From the IMG/VR virus record IMGVR_UViG_3300037512_000559, positions 3,253 to 67,252 of that record: a stretch of 64,000 nucleotides of DNA; one strand, written 5' to 3'. A program made the position numbers and the translations under genes. Source of the DNA: a virus. Its lineage: Duplodnaviria; Caudoviricetes. The notes under the pieces were generated by a model that searched no databases, had not been told where the DNA came from, and worked only from the letters and a program-made list of their open reading frames with translations. Below are positions 26,195 through 35,509 of the stretch, one piece after another (positions within the stretch are counted from its first letter, which is position 1; each line of letters starts with the position of its first letter).

Positions 26195-27278
26195 TTATTC
26201 TGCTTGGTTGAATAGGTTTTCTCCCTCGTTGAATATCCGCCTCGTTGCCATCTTTTGATATTCTGGATTCAACTCTATTCCGATGTAGTTGCGGTTGAGT
26301 TTTCGTGCCACAATCCCCGTAGTCCCGCTACCCATAAAGGGGTCGAGAATAACACCACCTTCGGGGCAACCAGCAAGGATGCACGGTTGGATTAGTTTCT
26401 GCGGATAGGTGGCGAAATGCGCCTCCCGCGTAGGCTGAACATTTACCGACCATACACTCCGCTTATTTCTCACGGTGTATTCATCGTCCGGCAGACCATC
26501 CTCCCTGCGTAGGTGCATCGAATTAGGTCTTTGACCGTCATACTGCACGTTCTTAGTGCGTGGCACATAGTCTTTGCCGGAGTATCTTGCGAAGTGCGGG
26601 TCATCGGATTTTCCGTACTTGTTGCCACCGAACTTATGCCCCTTCTTGACCTTCGGCTTAAATGTTCTGGAGCCGGATTGATAATTTGTTCTCTCTTGGT
26701 CTGCGCACGGCTCCATTATCGCTTCGTGGTCAAAGAAATACTTGTCGCTCTTTGAGAACAGGAAGATGTATTCGTGGGATTTTGTACACCTATCCTTGAC
26801 GGATTCCGGCATCGGATTAGGCTTCGACCAGATGATGTCTTGGCGCAGATACCAGCCATCTGCCCTCATAGCAAATGCGAACATCCACGGAATACCGATG
26901 AGGTCTTTGCTCTTTATACCCCCCCCCGGTTACGCCTCTCGGAAGCCCACCCACAATCGCACCCGCGTTGGTATCTTGCTTTCCGCCGTTGCTATGCCTA
27001 CCGTTCCCGTTCTGCCCTTTTCCGCTTCCAGCATAGCAATCTCCGAGGTTCACCCAGCAAGTGCCGTTTGGTTTCAAAGCCCTGCGGATTTCGCGGAAAA
27101 GACTAACGAGTTTTTCGATGTACGCCTCCGGCGTTTTCTCAAGCCCTATCTGTCCTTCGTGACCGTAATCGCGGAGCGCATAATAGGGAGGCGAAGTAAC
27201 AACGCAATCCAGAAAGTTATCGGGGATTGTCCTCGCTATTTCAAGGGAATCGCCCAGATAAACCTTATTGAGTTCCAT
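26195..27278 (-). pseudogene. N4/N6 DNA methyltransferase (beta class), split by a +1 offset at a G9 tract
   Basis: VTSPPY in ORF 26817-27278; IIWSKPNPMPES and DPFMGSGTT in ORF 26195-26884; removing one G at 26919-26927 joins them (GGIKSKDLIGIPW), 360 aa. Confidence 0.85.
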
Positions 27279-27642
27279 TGCTACTTCTTTTGGCTTTCAA
27301 TTTCCTAAAGGTTTCCACCTCCGCAACGGGCTTATATGCGATAAGCATTACCGCGTGTAGGAGGCTTGTTATGCAAACAATCACAAACCAAGTGAAAATG
27401 AAGTCGTAAATTCCGACATTTGTTATCCGAATGAGGTAATCACCAATGTGTCTGGTGGTAAGCATAATTACCAAAATCACATAGTGGCAGAAGCAATACG
27501 GACAATGTATTAGGTCATCGAACCATCCTCCCATTTTGCCAACGGCCTCTCTCAACTTGCTAAAAATCCCAGCCCAAGTGATTGTATAGGATATGCTCGC
27601 CGCACATAATGAGACAAACACTATATACTCCAATCGCGTCAT
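27265..27642 (-). CDS. Membrane protein with CxxC motif (DUF1360-like)
   Basis: TM segments flanking LIHCPYCFCHY. Confidence 0.55.
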   Translation of the reverse strand: MTRLEYIVFVSLCAASISYTITWAGIFSKLREAVGKMGGWFDDLIHCPYCFCHYVILVIMLTTRHIGDYLIRITNVGIYDFIFTWFVIVCITSLLHAVMLIAYKPVAEVETFRKLKAKRSSNGTQ

Positions 27643-27995
27643 AGGCCAACTCTTATGTAATCACGGGGGTTATAGCGGTCTGTCACGCCGGACGGGGCGT
27701 GTCCTTTCATTATCACGGCATCTGGATATTGCTTCTTGAGTTCTCGCAAATCATCACTATCCAGACGCGAATAGACTTCATATTCTAATCCGGGATGGTT
27801 TCCGGGCAAGGCGATGTGGATGTCCGTCCCTCCGCCTCCGCACCCACAACCAACGACGAGCCGCCTATTGACAATTGTCCATTCCTCTGCCCTTTGTATT
27901 GGCCTCGATTTAAGTGCCTCAAACTCCGCTGCGAGGTCTTTGTTCTGCTGCGGCTTCTCCTCTGCCTTCTTGAATAGTTGAGTTACACCAGACAT
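27639..27995 (-). CDS. Hypothetical protein with GCGCGGGG motif
   Basis: ORF track; coupled to the ATPase and the membrane gene. Confidence 0.55.
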   Translation of the reverse strand: MSGVTQLFKKAEEKPQQNKDLAAEFEALKSRPIQRAEEWTIVNRRLVVGCGCGGGGTDIHIALPGNHPGLEYEVYSRLDSDDLRELKKQYPDAVIMKGHAPSGVTDRYNPRDYIRVGL

Positions 27996-27999
27996 AGCA

Positions 28000-29101
28000 T
28001 TAGATAGTTAAGGCGGTTCTAATATCGTTCAAAGTGATTCCCTTTTCAGCCTTCTTGCCGGTCGCCTCTCGTTTGATGGCGATGAGTGCGGCCTTCTCCA
28101 CGATATTCTTGACGAGCGCACCAGAAATGTCTTTCTTTCTCGCATCGGTAAGAATTTCTGCGGCGGACTTTGCAAGCTCTTTGCTACTCCCGTTGGTCTT
28201 GGTGGCTGATAGGTATATATTGAAGATGTCCTCAACATCATCCTTATCGGGTCGGCCTATCTCAACTGAAAGGTCGATGCGACCGGGCCGAATAACAGCC
28301 TCGTCAAGCTGGCCGAGGAAGTTTGTAGCAAGAATAATGAATGTTGCATTACCCTCGAATCCATCCATTTCCGAAAGGAACGTGGGGACGATGGTCGTGT
28401 CAACATCGGAGGAGAATCTGGAGCCGCGCCGAGGGAGAATTGCCTCCGCCTCGTCAATGAAGATAACGCTCCTTGTCTTGGTCTTTTTGTAGTTCTGCCG
28501 TGCGCGGTCAAATACGGCCTTGATAGATGCTTCTGCCGCGCCGACATAGGGGCTTAACATTTCGCCGCCCTTCATATAGATGAAGGAGTTGTTTGTCAGT
28601 TTCACCCCCTTGAGGAGTTGCGATGCGATAGCCTTTGCGACCATCGTCTTTCCGCATCCGGGAGGCCCATACAAGACGATGCCCTTCGATGGCGTAAGGC
28701 CATATTCTCGGTAGAGAGACTGCTGCGTCACGGGCAGTTCAACGGTGTCACGGATTTTCTGGATTTGTGATTTCAAGCCGCCGATTTCACTCCAATCAAT
28801 GAAGTCGAAATGGGGGGGGGGTCTCTTTCTCCATCAGTTCGCTCGGCAGGATGCCAATGATGGAATTGTTGCTAACAATAACCTTCGTGTTTAAGAACAA
28901 GCGAAGTGGCGAGCCATCTTTCTGCGGCTTAACGGGAAGAATAACGCTCTCGCCAGAACGCTTCTTAACCAGATACATTCCATCACCTTCTTCGGATGCG
29001 ATTACACCATCCGAGTATGGTGCGGTAATTAACTTCTCAAGGATTCCTTCGTATTCCTCTATACGATTGCGAAGTTCCTTAATTTCCTCTTGATAAGTCA
29101 T
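28000..29101 (-). pseudogene. ARC/Mpa/PAN-like AAA+ ATPase, split by a +1 offset at a C10 tract
   Basis: N-terminal coiled coil/OB region in 28796-29101; WSEIGGL..QI.KIRDTVELP, GPPGCGKT, FIDEAE, SSDVDTTIVPTFLSEMDG and RPGRID; removing one C at 28812-28821 joins the frames (366 aa). Confidence 0.85.
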
Positions 29102-29219
29102 AGCGCGGGGTGGATTTTTTTAAGATTTAACATATTGATAATCAATTACAAACGATAGCATTTCTCACCACCTACGAAGCGATGAGTTTCCATTCATTTT
29201 TCCATATATTAGCGAGTTA

Positions 29220-29483
29220 TCACCTACGAACGGGCCTGCAACGGTCAAGGTCGCTCTGGAGGAATCCAACCCGGAATCCACGCTCTACCTTGCGAATCTT
29301 CCCCTTCCGTACCCAATCCGAAATGGTCTGACGAGCGACACCGCAATATGCGGCAGCTTCGTTGACAGACATAACCGGGCCGTATTGCTCGTCAACGGTC
29401 GTAATGACGGAGGATAGAATGGTTTGAAGGTCTCCAATGGCAATGATGAGGCGTTTTGCGGTTTCCTCTGTGAGTTTAGACAT
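29220..29483 (-). CDS. Excisionase-like HTH protein
   Basis: MSVNEAAAYCGVARQTISDWVRKGKI (HTH_17/MerR-like); near the immunity region. Confidence 0.75.
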   Translation of the reverse strand: MSKLTEETAKRLIIAIGDLQTILSSVITTVDEQYGPVMSVNEAAAYCGVARQTISDWVRKGKIRKVERGFRVGFLQSDLDRCRPVRR

Positions 29484-29730
29484 CTTGTTTAGGTTTTGCG
29501 GTTACACGAATCGTCCGCTCGTCCATATTCGTATATACGGAGAAGGAACGGTCGCAATCCGGGTCGTTATTGAGTTGTGATGCGGTCGAGCGAATGGAGA
29601 GAATATCACTTACGGAGGCGCAGGTATATTTCGTTTCTCCAATCGGAACGGTCATAAGAAACCCCGTCCACCCCCTCTCCGCCAACCACCGCTCGGCAGT
29701 CTTGCCGGAATAGTCTTTCTTGTAGTTCAT
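29476..29730 (-). CDS. First gene of the early lytic operon, hypothetical
   Basis: ORF track; position after the leftward promoter and leader. Confidence 0.5.
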   Translation of the reverse strand: MNYKKDYSGKTAERWLAERGWTGFLMTVPIGETKYTCASVSDILSIRSTASQLNNDPDCDRSFSVYTNMDERTIRVTAKPKQDV

Positions 29731-30036
29731 TATCGTTCTCTGAGTTCTATATTCATTAAATAGTTGAGGGCTTGAAACACTCGCGGATAACGATTATCCG
29801 CGCCCATTACGATATAGCGCAAGGATTGGTCGTCCCTTACCCTGTTTAGTTCATCCGTCGGGCGGCTGCGTCCGCATTCCGTCTTGCTTCGGATGAATCG
29901 GGCAACCCTGTAATGTCTTGGGTCGCGCCCCCGTAGTTAATGTAGGCCGGGGTTCCACACGCGGAGTAAAACTTTCTCCGTACTTTCTTCCCGTTAAGGT
30001 CGGTGACACCTTTAATTAAGATTTTGGTTAAAGTTC

Positions 30037-30067
30037 ATTGACATTTCGTTTCCTTTTATTACCTTTG
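30037..30067 (+). promoter_or_regulatory. Rightward Bacteroidetes promoter for the repressor operon
   Basis: ATTG-N19-TACCTTTG. Confidence 0.55.
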
Positions 30068-30173
30068 TAGTCCAAGCAAGAACGACTGCTTATTGTTATT
30101 GCTGGATAGGTAACACCCCAAATGGGGAGGGGGATTCTTTGTGCCAATGAACTTGTATCAACCAAACCGAGGG

Positions 30174-30205
30174 CAAAGTTAAAGAGAATTTCCGTTGATT
30201 CCAAA
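30174..30205 (-). promoter_or_regulatory. Leftward Bacteroidetes promoter for the early lytic operon
   Basis: TTTG-N20-TAACTTTG on the minus strand. Confidence 0.7.
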
Positions 30206-30230
30206 TTTTTTTAACGAAATTTTTAAGTAA

Positions 30231-30554
30231 ATGGAAAATTTTAAGCAACGGTTAGTCCAATTCGCTCGTAGTCAATATGATATGGGACACACAAAATTTG
30301 AGGACTACTGCGGATTGAATCACGGAACGATTAGCGACATCAAAGTTAACGGCCCATCTGCGGCAAACGTAACGAAAATTGCCGTTAAATGCCCGGAACT
30401 CAACCTCAACTGGCTATTCCGCGGGGAAGGCCAGATGCTAAACCCGGCCACACCCGCCACTACGGAACAGAAGCCTACCGTTGAAGTCCACCACATCCAG
30501 ACTATCAACATCGGTAACTGGAAAGAGCTTGTCGAACTTATAAAGGACAAGTAG
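30231..30554 (+). CDS. XRE-family phage repressor
   Basis: HTH plus the PELNLNWLFRGEG.M motif typical of Bacteroidales CI-like proteins. Confidence 0.8.
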   Translation: MENFKQRLVQFARSQYDMGHTKFEDYCGLNHGTISDIKVNGPSAANVTKIAVKCPELNLNWLFRGEGQMLNPATPATTEQKPTVEVHHIQTINIGNWKELVELIKDK

Positions 30555-30556
30555 AT

Positions 30557-30871
30557 ATGAACGAACAGGAACGACTTGAATTTCTCATCCTATCCCTCGC
30601 CTCCGGCAACGCGAGAATTTTCTCACGCGAGACGGGGATACACCCATCGTCATTGTCGAAGATTAAGGCGGGTAAATTCCACCTCGCACGGTTCACCCGG
30701 CGGATTCTGGAGGCATACCCGCAGATAAATGACGAATGGCTTTTAAATGGCGTTGGCGACCCGATGAAGAAAAAGCCCAACGAGCGAGAGATAAACGCGA
30801 GATTAGACGCGATTGAGGGAAAGATTGACAGATTGCTCGAACTGCTGGAGAAAGTGCCTCAAATCGGATAA
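30557..30871 (+). CDS. Second XRE-family HTH regulator
   Basis: FSRETGIHPSSLSKIKAG HTH; YPQINDEWLLNGVG.PM. Confidence 0.75.
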   Translation: MNEQERLEFLILSLASGNARIFSRETGIHPSSLSKIKAGKFHLARFTRRILEAYPQINDEWLLNGVGDPMKKKPNEREINARLDAIEGKIDRLLELLEKVPQIG

Positions 30872-30955
30872 AATTAAAGAAACAAAAATGTTATACAAAC
30901 GAATAGAAGCAACTACATTTGTAGTGTTGTTACGGTAGCCGGAAGGCTGCTTATC

Positions 30956-30994
30956 CGAGGGGTAATCACAGTAGGGTTGCCCCTCGCTTTTTTT
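30956..30994 (+). terminator. Intrinsic terminator after the repressor operon
   Basis: 12-bp stem CGAGGGGTAATC/GGTTGCCCCTCG followed by T7. Confidence 0.75.
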
Positions 30995-31259
30995 GACCGC
31001 CCGCTTTTCTCATTTGGCCGAAAGTCAGCATTGGCGATAGCGATACGCAAAGACACCATTTGGTTTTTCCCTTTTCCCCCTTAAACCCCTTTATTCTTTT
31101 TCCAGAGATATGTTTTTGTTAAGTAAACAATGATATTGTGTATTAGGCTAAAATTAAATATTGGCTTTATTTATATTCATAGCTGAATTATATATATAAT
31201 TATCTTGAATAATTATAAAGCGCACACGCATACGCACGCGAGAAAAAATCGCCGCGCCG

Positions 31260-32417
31260 CTATTTGAAAAATGGATTTTCCGCCAGCATCCTTGCGTTTT
31301 CCTCTGCGGTCAGACGCAAATACCTCTGCAAGCTCTGTAAACTCTTGTGGCCGGATACGAGCATTAACTGGTGGAGTGGAAGCCCGGATAGGTGGAGATT
31401 GGAAATTGCGGAACGCCTCGCTGAGTGAGAGCATACGAGTTCGTATTTGGGCTTTATTTCAATCACCCTGCCAACCCCTTTGCTCTTTGTTACCGTAATA
31501 GGCGTGTCGATTTTCGCCTTCTTGCAAACCTCCTTTATCGTCTTGTTGAACTGCTGGTGGCATACCTTCGGTGCGCACCCGCCATTCCTCTGTAAAATCT
31601 CAATTACGCGAGGCGAGGCCGGGATTACCACCCTGCCTCCAGTTTTCTTCTGCGATATGCGAATCAAACCGTCTTGAATCATATCCATTTCGAGGCGCGA
31701 GTAGTCGGAGAACCGCATAGCGGTATAGCATCCCAGAATAAATAAGTCTCTCGTCTTTTTCTCCCTCGGAATCGTCAATTTCAACCGCCATAACTTTTCG
31801 ATTTCCTTCTGTGTGAGATACACGGTGTCTGGCTGCTCGGACATCCTTCGGAACGAGTGGAAATCCGTGTTTGAATGGTATCTCAACTTAGCCGCCTCGT
31901 TCATCATAGCCTTTAGCCGGGATATGATTGTCCCGATATAGTTCACGCTATACCCGGCATCTTGAAGCCTACGAACCAGAAGTAGGTAGAAGCCGGAATC
32001 CACCGTATCCCAATCATACGCACTCCCCATCGTTTCCTTAACCAGCTTGTAGTTGTTCCTCCTCTGTCGTTTCTGCGGGCAATCCCTGTTCGACCAAATC
32101 TCATAGTATTCCCAGAAAGACGGAGTTTCAAGACCGTCCATTTCTTCCGTTTTCTGCTCCCCGGTCAATGCGTACTGGATGGCATCGAGAATATCCTCCT
32201 CGGTTGAGAACTGGTTTAGTTTTTCATTGAGGCGGTTCTCTATGGAACGAAGTTTGTTGTTTACCGCCTCGTTCTTTACTCTCTGTTTCTTGAAATCAGC
32301 CGGGCGCACGGTGATACCGATAGCCTTCTTGTATTGCTTGCCGCCTTGATGGATGATTAGGATAAGGGGCGTACCATTCGCCCTGTTCTTATCCTTGAGG
32401 TAGAACGAAAATGTCAT
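31260..32417 (-). CDS. int: Tyrosine integrase (385 aa from ATG 32417)
   Basis: N-terminal arm-binding region, RDLFILGCYTAMRFSD, HSARRS and GHKS...RYL. Confidence 0.9.
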   Translation of the reverse strand: MTFSFYLKDKNRANGTPLILIIHQGGKQYKKAIGITVRPADFKKQRVKNEAVNNKLRSIENRLNEKLNQFSTEEDILDAIQYALTGEQKTEEMDGLETPSFWEYYEIWSNRDCPQKRQRRNNYKLVKETMGSAYDWDTVDSGFYLLLVRRLQDAGYSVNYIGTIISRLKAMMNEAAKLRYHSNTDFHSFRRMSEQPDTVYLTQKEIEKLWRLKLTIPREKKTRDLFILGCYTAMRFSDYSRLEMDMIQDGLIRISQKKTGGRVVIPASPRVIEILQRNGGCAPKVCHQQFNKTIKEVCKKAKIDTPITVTKSKGVGRVIEIKPKYELVCSHSARRSAISNLHLSGLPLHQLMLVSGHKSLQSLQRYLRLTAEENARMLAENPFFK

Positions 32418-32726
32418 ATTTGCCGTGTTTGTTTTTCGGCTACAAAGGTAGAAAAGGGGAATGAAAAAGGGAAGAAAAAGTTGACATTTTTGTAGTAAAA
32501 GGGAAATAAGTGTAAAGAAAAAGTAACTTTGAAATATAATATAAATACCTGAACGGGTGGGTATTACGGCGATTAGCTTTGGTTTCCAAGAGGTTGCGCT
32601 TCGTTGCCTCTGCGAATCTGCTAAGGGCCACAAGAAAACCCCACCAGAATATCTCTGATGGGGTTTGTTGTTGAAAGGGGGAAGGAAAAGTGGAAGGAAT
32701 ACCCGCCCCCCCCTTTTTTTTGGTGG

Positions 32727-32891
32727 CTAATCCTCAACGCAGTAATAATTCTTCAATTTCGACATCTTGAATAGCTTTTTGGCTAACCGTTTTTTCGCTT
32801 TAGAGTACGCCTCGCGCTTTGTGTTTGCATAGACATCCTCTTGGTAGGTAAGCGATTTGTCGAACAAGATGGTTACAATGTACTTCTTCAT
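32727..32891 (-). CDS. Small basic hypothetical protein (54 aa)
   Basis: Manual translation MKKYIVTILF...YYCVED. Confidence 0.45.
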   Translation of the reverse strand: MKKYIVTILFDKSLTYQEDVYANTKREAYSKAKKRLAKKLFKMSKLKNYYCVED

Positions 32892-32899
32892 ATCTGTTG

Positions 32900-33745
32900 T
32901 TATTTATCGTCATTCAGCCCCAGAAACTCCTGCGCAAGCCAAGTCAGCTTCGGGGCGGCAGGGGCGCAATACCGCTCCGTCATAGCCACGTTCCTGTGGC
33001 CGCTCATACGCGAGATAGAAACCAAGTCCATCCCCGATTGCTGCAAGTTCGTGACGAAGGAAATGCGGAAGGAATGGCTGGTAATGTAGTTCCATTTCTC
33101 CCCCTTCTTCGTTTCCCCGGCGGAATACACGGTTACAGGCGTGTCGATTCCGGCCCGCTTGCAGAGCCGCCGGATAATGTCGCAGCGAGAAGGTGTGCTT
33201 GGCTCGTCATCCCTGTGCGATTGCGCGTAGTTAATCCATCGGAGAACCTTCTTTGAGATAGGCACGGTGCTTTGGATTCTCGTTTTCTGGCTTACATAGA
33301 CCAGTTCGTTCCCTCGCACGTTCTCCGCCGTGAAGGTCATAATGTCGGAGATTCTGGCTCCCGTGTAGGCTTCGAGTAGGCATTCAATCTGCACAAGTGC
33401 CTCCTTCGGGTTTCTGGTAGATACCCCCTCGAATTTCCGTAGTTCCTCCGGCGTGAGATATGTACGCAGGGGGGCCTCGTTCTTTACAGAGAGGATTTCC
33501 ACCCAATCGTCTGGAAGGGTTACATAGTCCAGATGCCGCCGGACGAAGGCTTTGAAGTTGAGGATTACGGTACGGGCCGTAGAAGCCGCCAGATTCTTCG
33601 TGAGGGTGTCGCGTAGGTCATATAAGCTCTCTCTGCTTATATCGCTCCATTCGTTGATTCCAGCAGCCAACAGGTGCTTTCGCATAGTGGATGCCGCCCC
33701 GCCGTTATCGCGGAAGGAATCAAGTGCTTCTTGTAGTGTTTTCAT
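32900..33745 (-). CDS. Second tyrosine recombinase (short, no arm-binding domain)
   Basis: YTGARISD, HSFRISF and GHRNVAMTERY; 281 aa. Confidence 0.9.
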   Translation of the reverse strand: MKTLQEALDSFRDNGGAASTMRKHLLAAGINEWSDISRESLYDLRDTLTKNLAASTARTVILNFKAFVRRHLDYVTLPDDWVEILSVKNEAPLRTYLTPEELRKFEGVSTRNPKEALVQIECLLEAYTGARISDIMTFTAENVRGNELVYVSQKTRIQSTVPISKKVLRWINYAQSHRDDEPSTPSRCDIIRRLCKRAGIDTPVTVYSAGETKKGEKWNYITSHSFRISFVTNLQQSGMDLVSISRMSGHRNVAMTERYCAPAAPKLTWLAQEFLGLNDDK

Positions 33746-33808
33746 AGGGCATACAAAGTTAGTGATTATTTCGTGGGGACGGACAGGGCCACCCGCCCGT
33801 CCCCGTGT

Positions 33809-34009
33809 TTAGAACCTCCGAATTAGCCAGCTCTTTTTAGGCTTATTCCAAAGTCCATCGGAGTAGCCGGAGGCTATTGTATGGTTGTCGTATTTGACAT
33901 AGTAACGCCACATAGGAACGGCGCAATCTTTCTCCAGATACTTCTCTATGGTAATGGTCGCATCGTCGTAGATATTGCGGATTTCTTCGCGCTTGAGGAT
34001 GGTTGTCAT
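33809..34009 (-). CDS. Early cassette gene, hypothetical
   Basis: ORF with the conserved start motif. Confidence 0.6.
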   Translation of the reverse strand: MTTILKREEIRNIYDDATITIEKYLEKDCAVPMWRYYVKYDNHTIASGYSDGLWNKPKKSWLIRRF

Positions 34010-34069
34010 AAGGCGTTGTTTTTTAGTGAATTTGCAAGCGGAAGGAGCGCAAACCCATCCCGCCCGGTG

Positions 34070-34270
34070 TTACTTTTTCGACAACCACGCATCCCTCCGT
34101 CCCCTCGCTTCGTCCAGAGATTTCGCCACGCAGGAGAACAACTCCCCGTCCGTATGGCGGTAGTCGTATTGAACCAATCTTGTTGCTTTACGCCCAATCT
34201 TCTGGGTGTAAAATTCGTAGTTTTCGCGCCCAGCCGGGCAAGTGCTACAACCGTTAATGTCTGTTTTCAT
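34070..34270 (-). CDS. DUF3873-like protein
   Basis: INGCSTC..G.E.YE.....IGR....LVQYDYRHTDGELFSCV..SLDE.R..RD.W. Confidence 0.75.
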   Translation of the reverse strand: MKTDINGCSTCPAGRENYEFYTQKIGRKATRLVQYDYRHTDGELFSCVAKSLDEARGRRDAWLSKK

Positions 34271-34328
34271 AAGGCATAATTTTAGTGATTTTTGAAAGGA
34301 GGTTCCGGCGAGAGAACCATCCCCTGTT

Positions 34329-34523
34329 TTACCATTTCGGTGTGTTTTCGGCGATTAAATCGCCCCATTGCCTGTAGGTATATTCCCCGTATTTCTTCCT
34401 CATTTCATCGAAGTCATTGCAACCAGTAAGATTCGATAGGATGCAGAGCAATTCGTGATAATGTGCGGAAGTTGGAATGGTGTCGAGCATATTACCCAAG
34501 CAGTTCAAAAGAGATTCGGACAT
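34329..34523 (-). CDS. Early cassette gene, hypothetical
   Basis: ORF with the conserved start motif. Confidence 0.6.
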   Translation of the reverse strand: MSESLLNCLGNMLDTIPTSAHYHELLCILSNLTGCNDFDEMRKKYGEYTYRQWGDLIAENTPKW

Positions 34524-34583
34524 AAGGCATAAAAATTTAGTGGTTTGTGAAAGGGGTGGCGGTCAGACCACCCCTCCCGGTCT

Positions 34584-35150
34584 TTACTTCGCGTAAATCT
34601 TTGCGAGTTCGCAGATTTTCCGAAACTCAAACTCCGTAACGTGGCCAAACATCCACCTGTGACGGTCCGGAATACTCCTCAATGTAGCCATTACTTTCTG
34701 GTATGTCTCCAGAACTTCGTCGAAGTGTTCGAGGCAATCGCGGAGTTGTTCGATTTCTTTCTTAAAACCCTCTACGTTTTTGTCAACCAGAGTGCAGAAC
34801 TTTTCGGCATCCATCGGGCCGTTATACATAACCTCCCAAGATTTCGCGTTGACATCATTATCCAGATTCCAGAATCTGTTTGCATAGCCATAGGCCCGTG
34901 TCCCGTCTCGTAACTCCATCAACTCCACTTTGATTTGGTAGTGGAAGGTCTCATCGAATCCGCAGGAGAAGCAGGGATAGCCGTTGCCCCATTTAGGGCC
35001 AGCAGCGGCCAATTCGTTTGTAAATCGTCTGTTGACGATTTTCCCGTTATACTTCCGCGCAATAGCTTTCATTGTGTCCGCAAAAGCAATCATTTCCTCG
35101 TAAACCCTAATTTGGGTTGTTGCGTAGGTTTCGTAAGATTTGGATTTCAT
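34584..35150 (-). CDS. Early cassette gene, hypothetical (188 aa)
   Basis: ORF with the conserved start motif. Confidence 0.65.
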   Translation of the reverse strand: MKSKSYETYATTQIRVYEEMIAFADTMKAIARKYNGKIVNRRFTNELAAAGPKWGNGYPCFSCGFDETFHYQIKVELMELRDGTRAYGYANRFWNLDNDVNAKSWEVMYNGPMDAEKFCTLVDKNVEGFKKEIEQLRDCLEHFDEVLETYQKVMATLRSIPDRHRWMFGHVTEFEFRKICELAKIYAK

Positions 35151-35213
35151 AAGGCATTTTGTTTAGTGAATTTGTGAGGCTGGCATCGGTCAAGATACCC
35201 GCCCCCGGCTTTA

Positions 35214-35468
35214 TTATTTGTCCCACCACGCGAGTTCCGCATATTCGGGACTGCAAGAGAAGTCCTCCGGCACGAAGTCCACCCCTTCGTAATTTCGGAA
35301 GATTACATCGTCCGGCACGATTGCATCGGCATTCGCTATATCGTACCAACTTGGTTCGTCATAGTCAACGCCCATAATCTCGGCAAACTCGCCAGATTCG
35401 GCAAGTTGGGTCAGATACCCCTGCTTTAGTTCGGTCAACTGTTCTCGGTTCAGTTCGGTTACATTCAT
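35214..35468 (-). CDS. Early cassette gene, acidic hypothetical protein
   Basis: MNVTELNREQLTELKQ; very acidic; conserved start motif. Confidence 0.6.
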   Translation of the reverse strand: MNVTELNREQLTELKQGYLTQLAESGEFAEIMGVDYDEPSWYDIANADAIVPDDVIFRNYEGVDFVPEDFSCSPEYAELAWWDK

Positions 35469-35509
35469 AAGGCATTTAATTTAGTGATTCTTTGCAAGGC
35501 CCGGCGATT

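Noticed and set aside
26195-29101. Stop-codon reassignment (alternative genetic code)
   Set aside because: Long genes are intact in code 11; the breaks are frame changes at homopolymers, not in-frame stops.
33754-33761. TAACTTTG as a promoter, implying the whole start motif is a promoter family
   Set aside because: No -33 box here, and the other ten copies do not contain TAnnTTTG.
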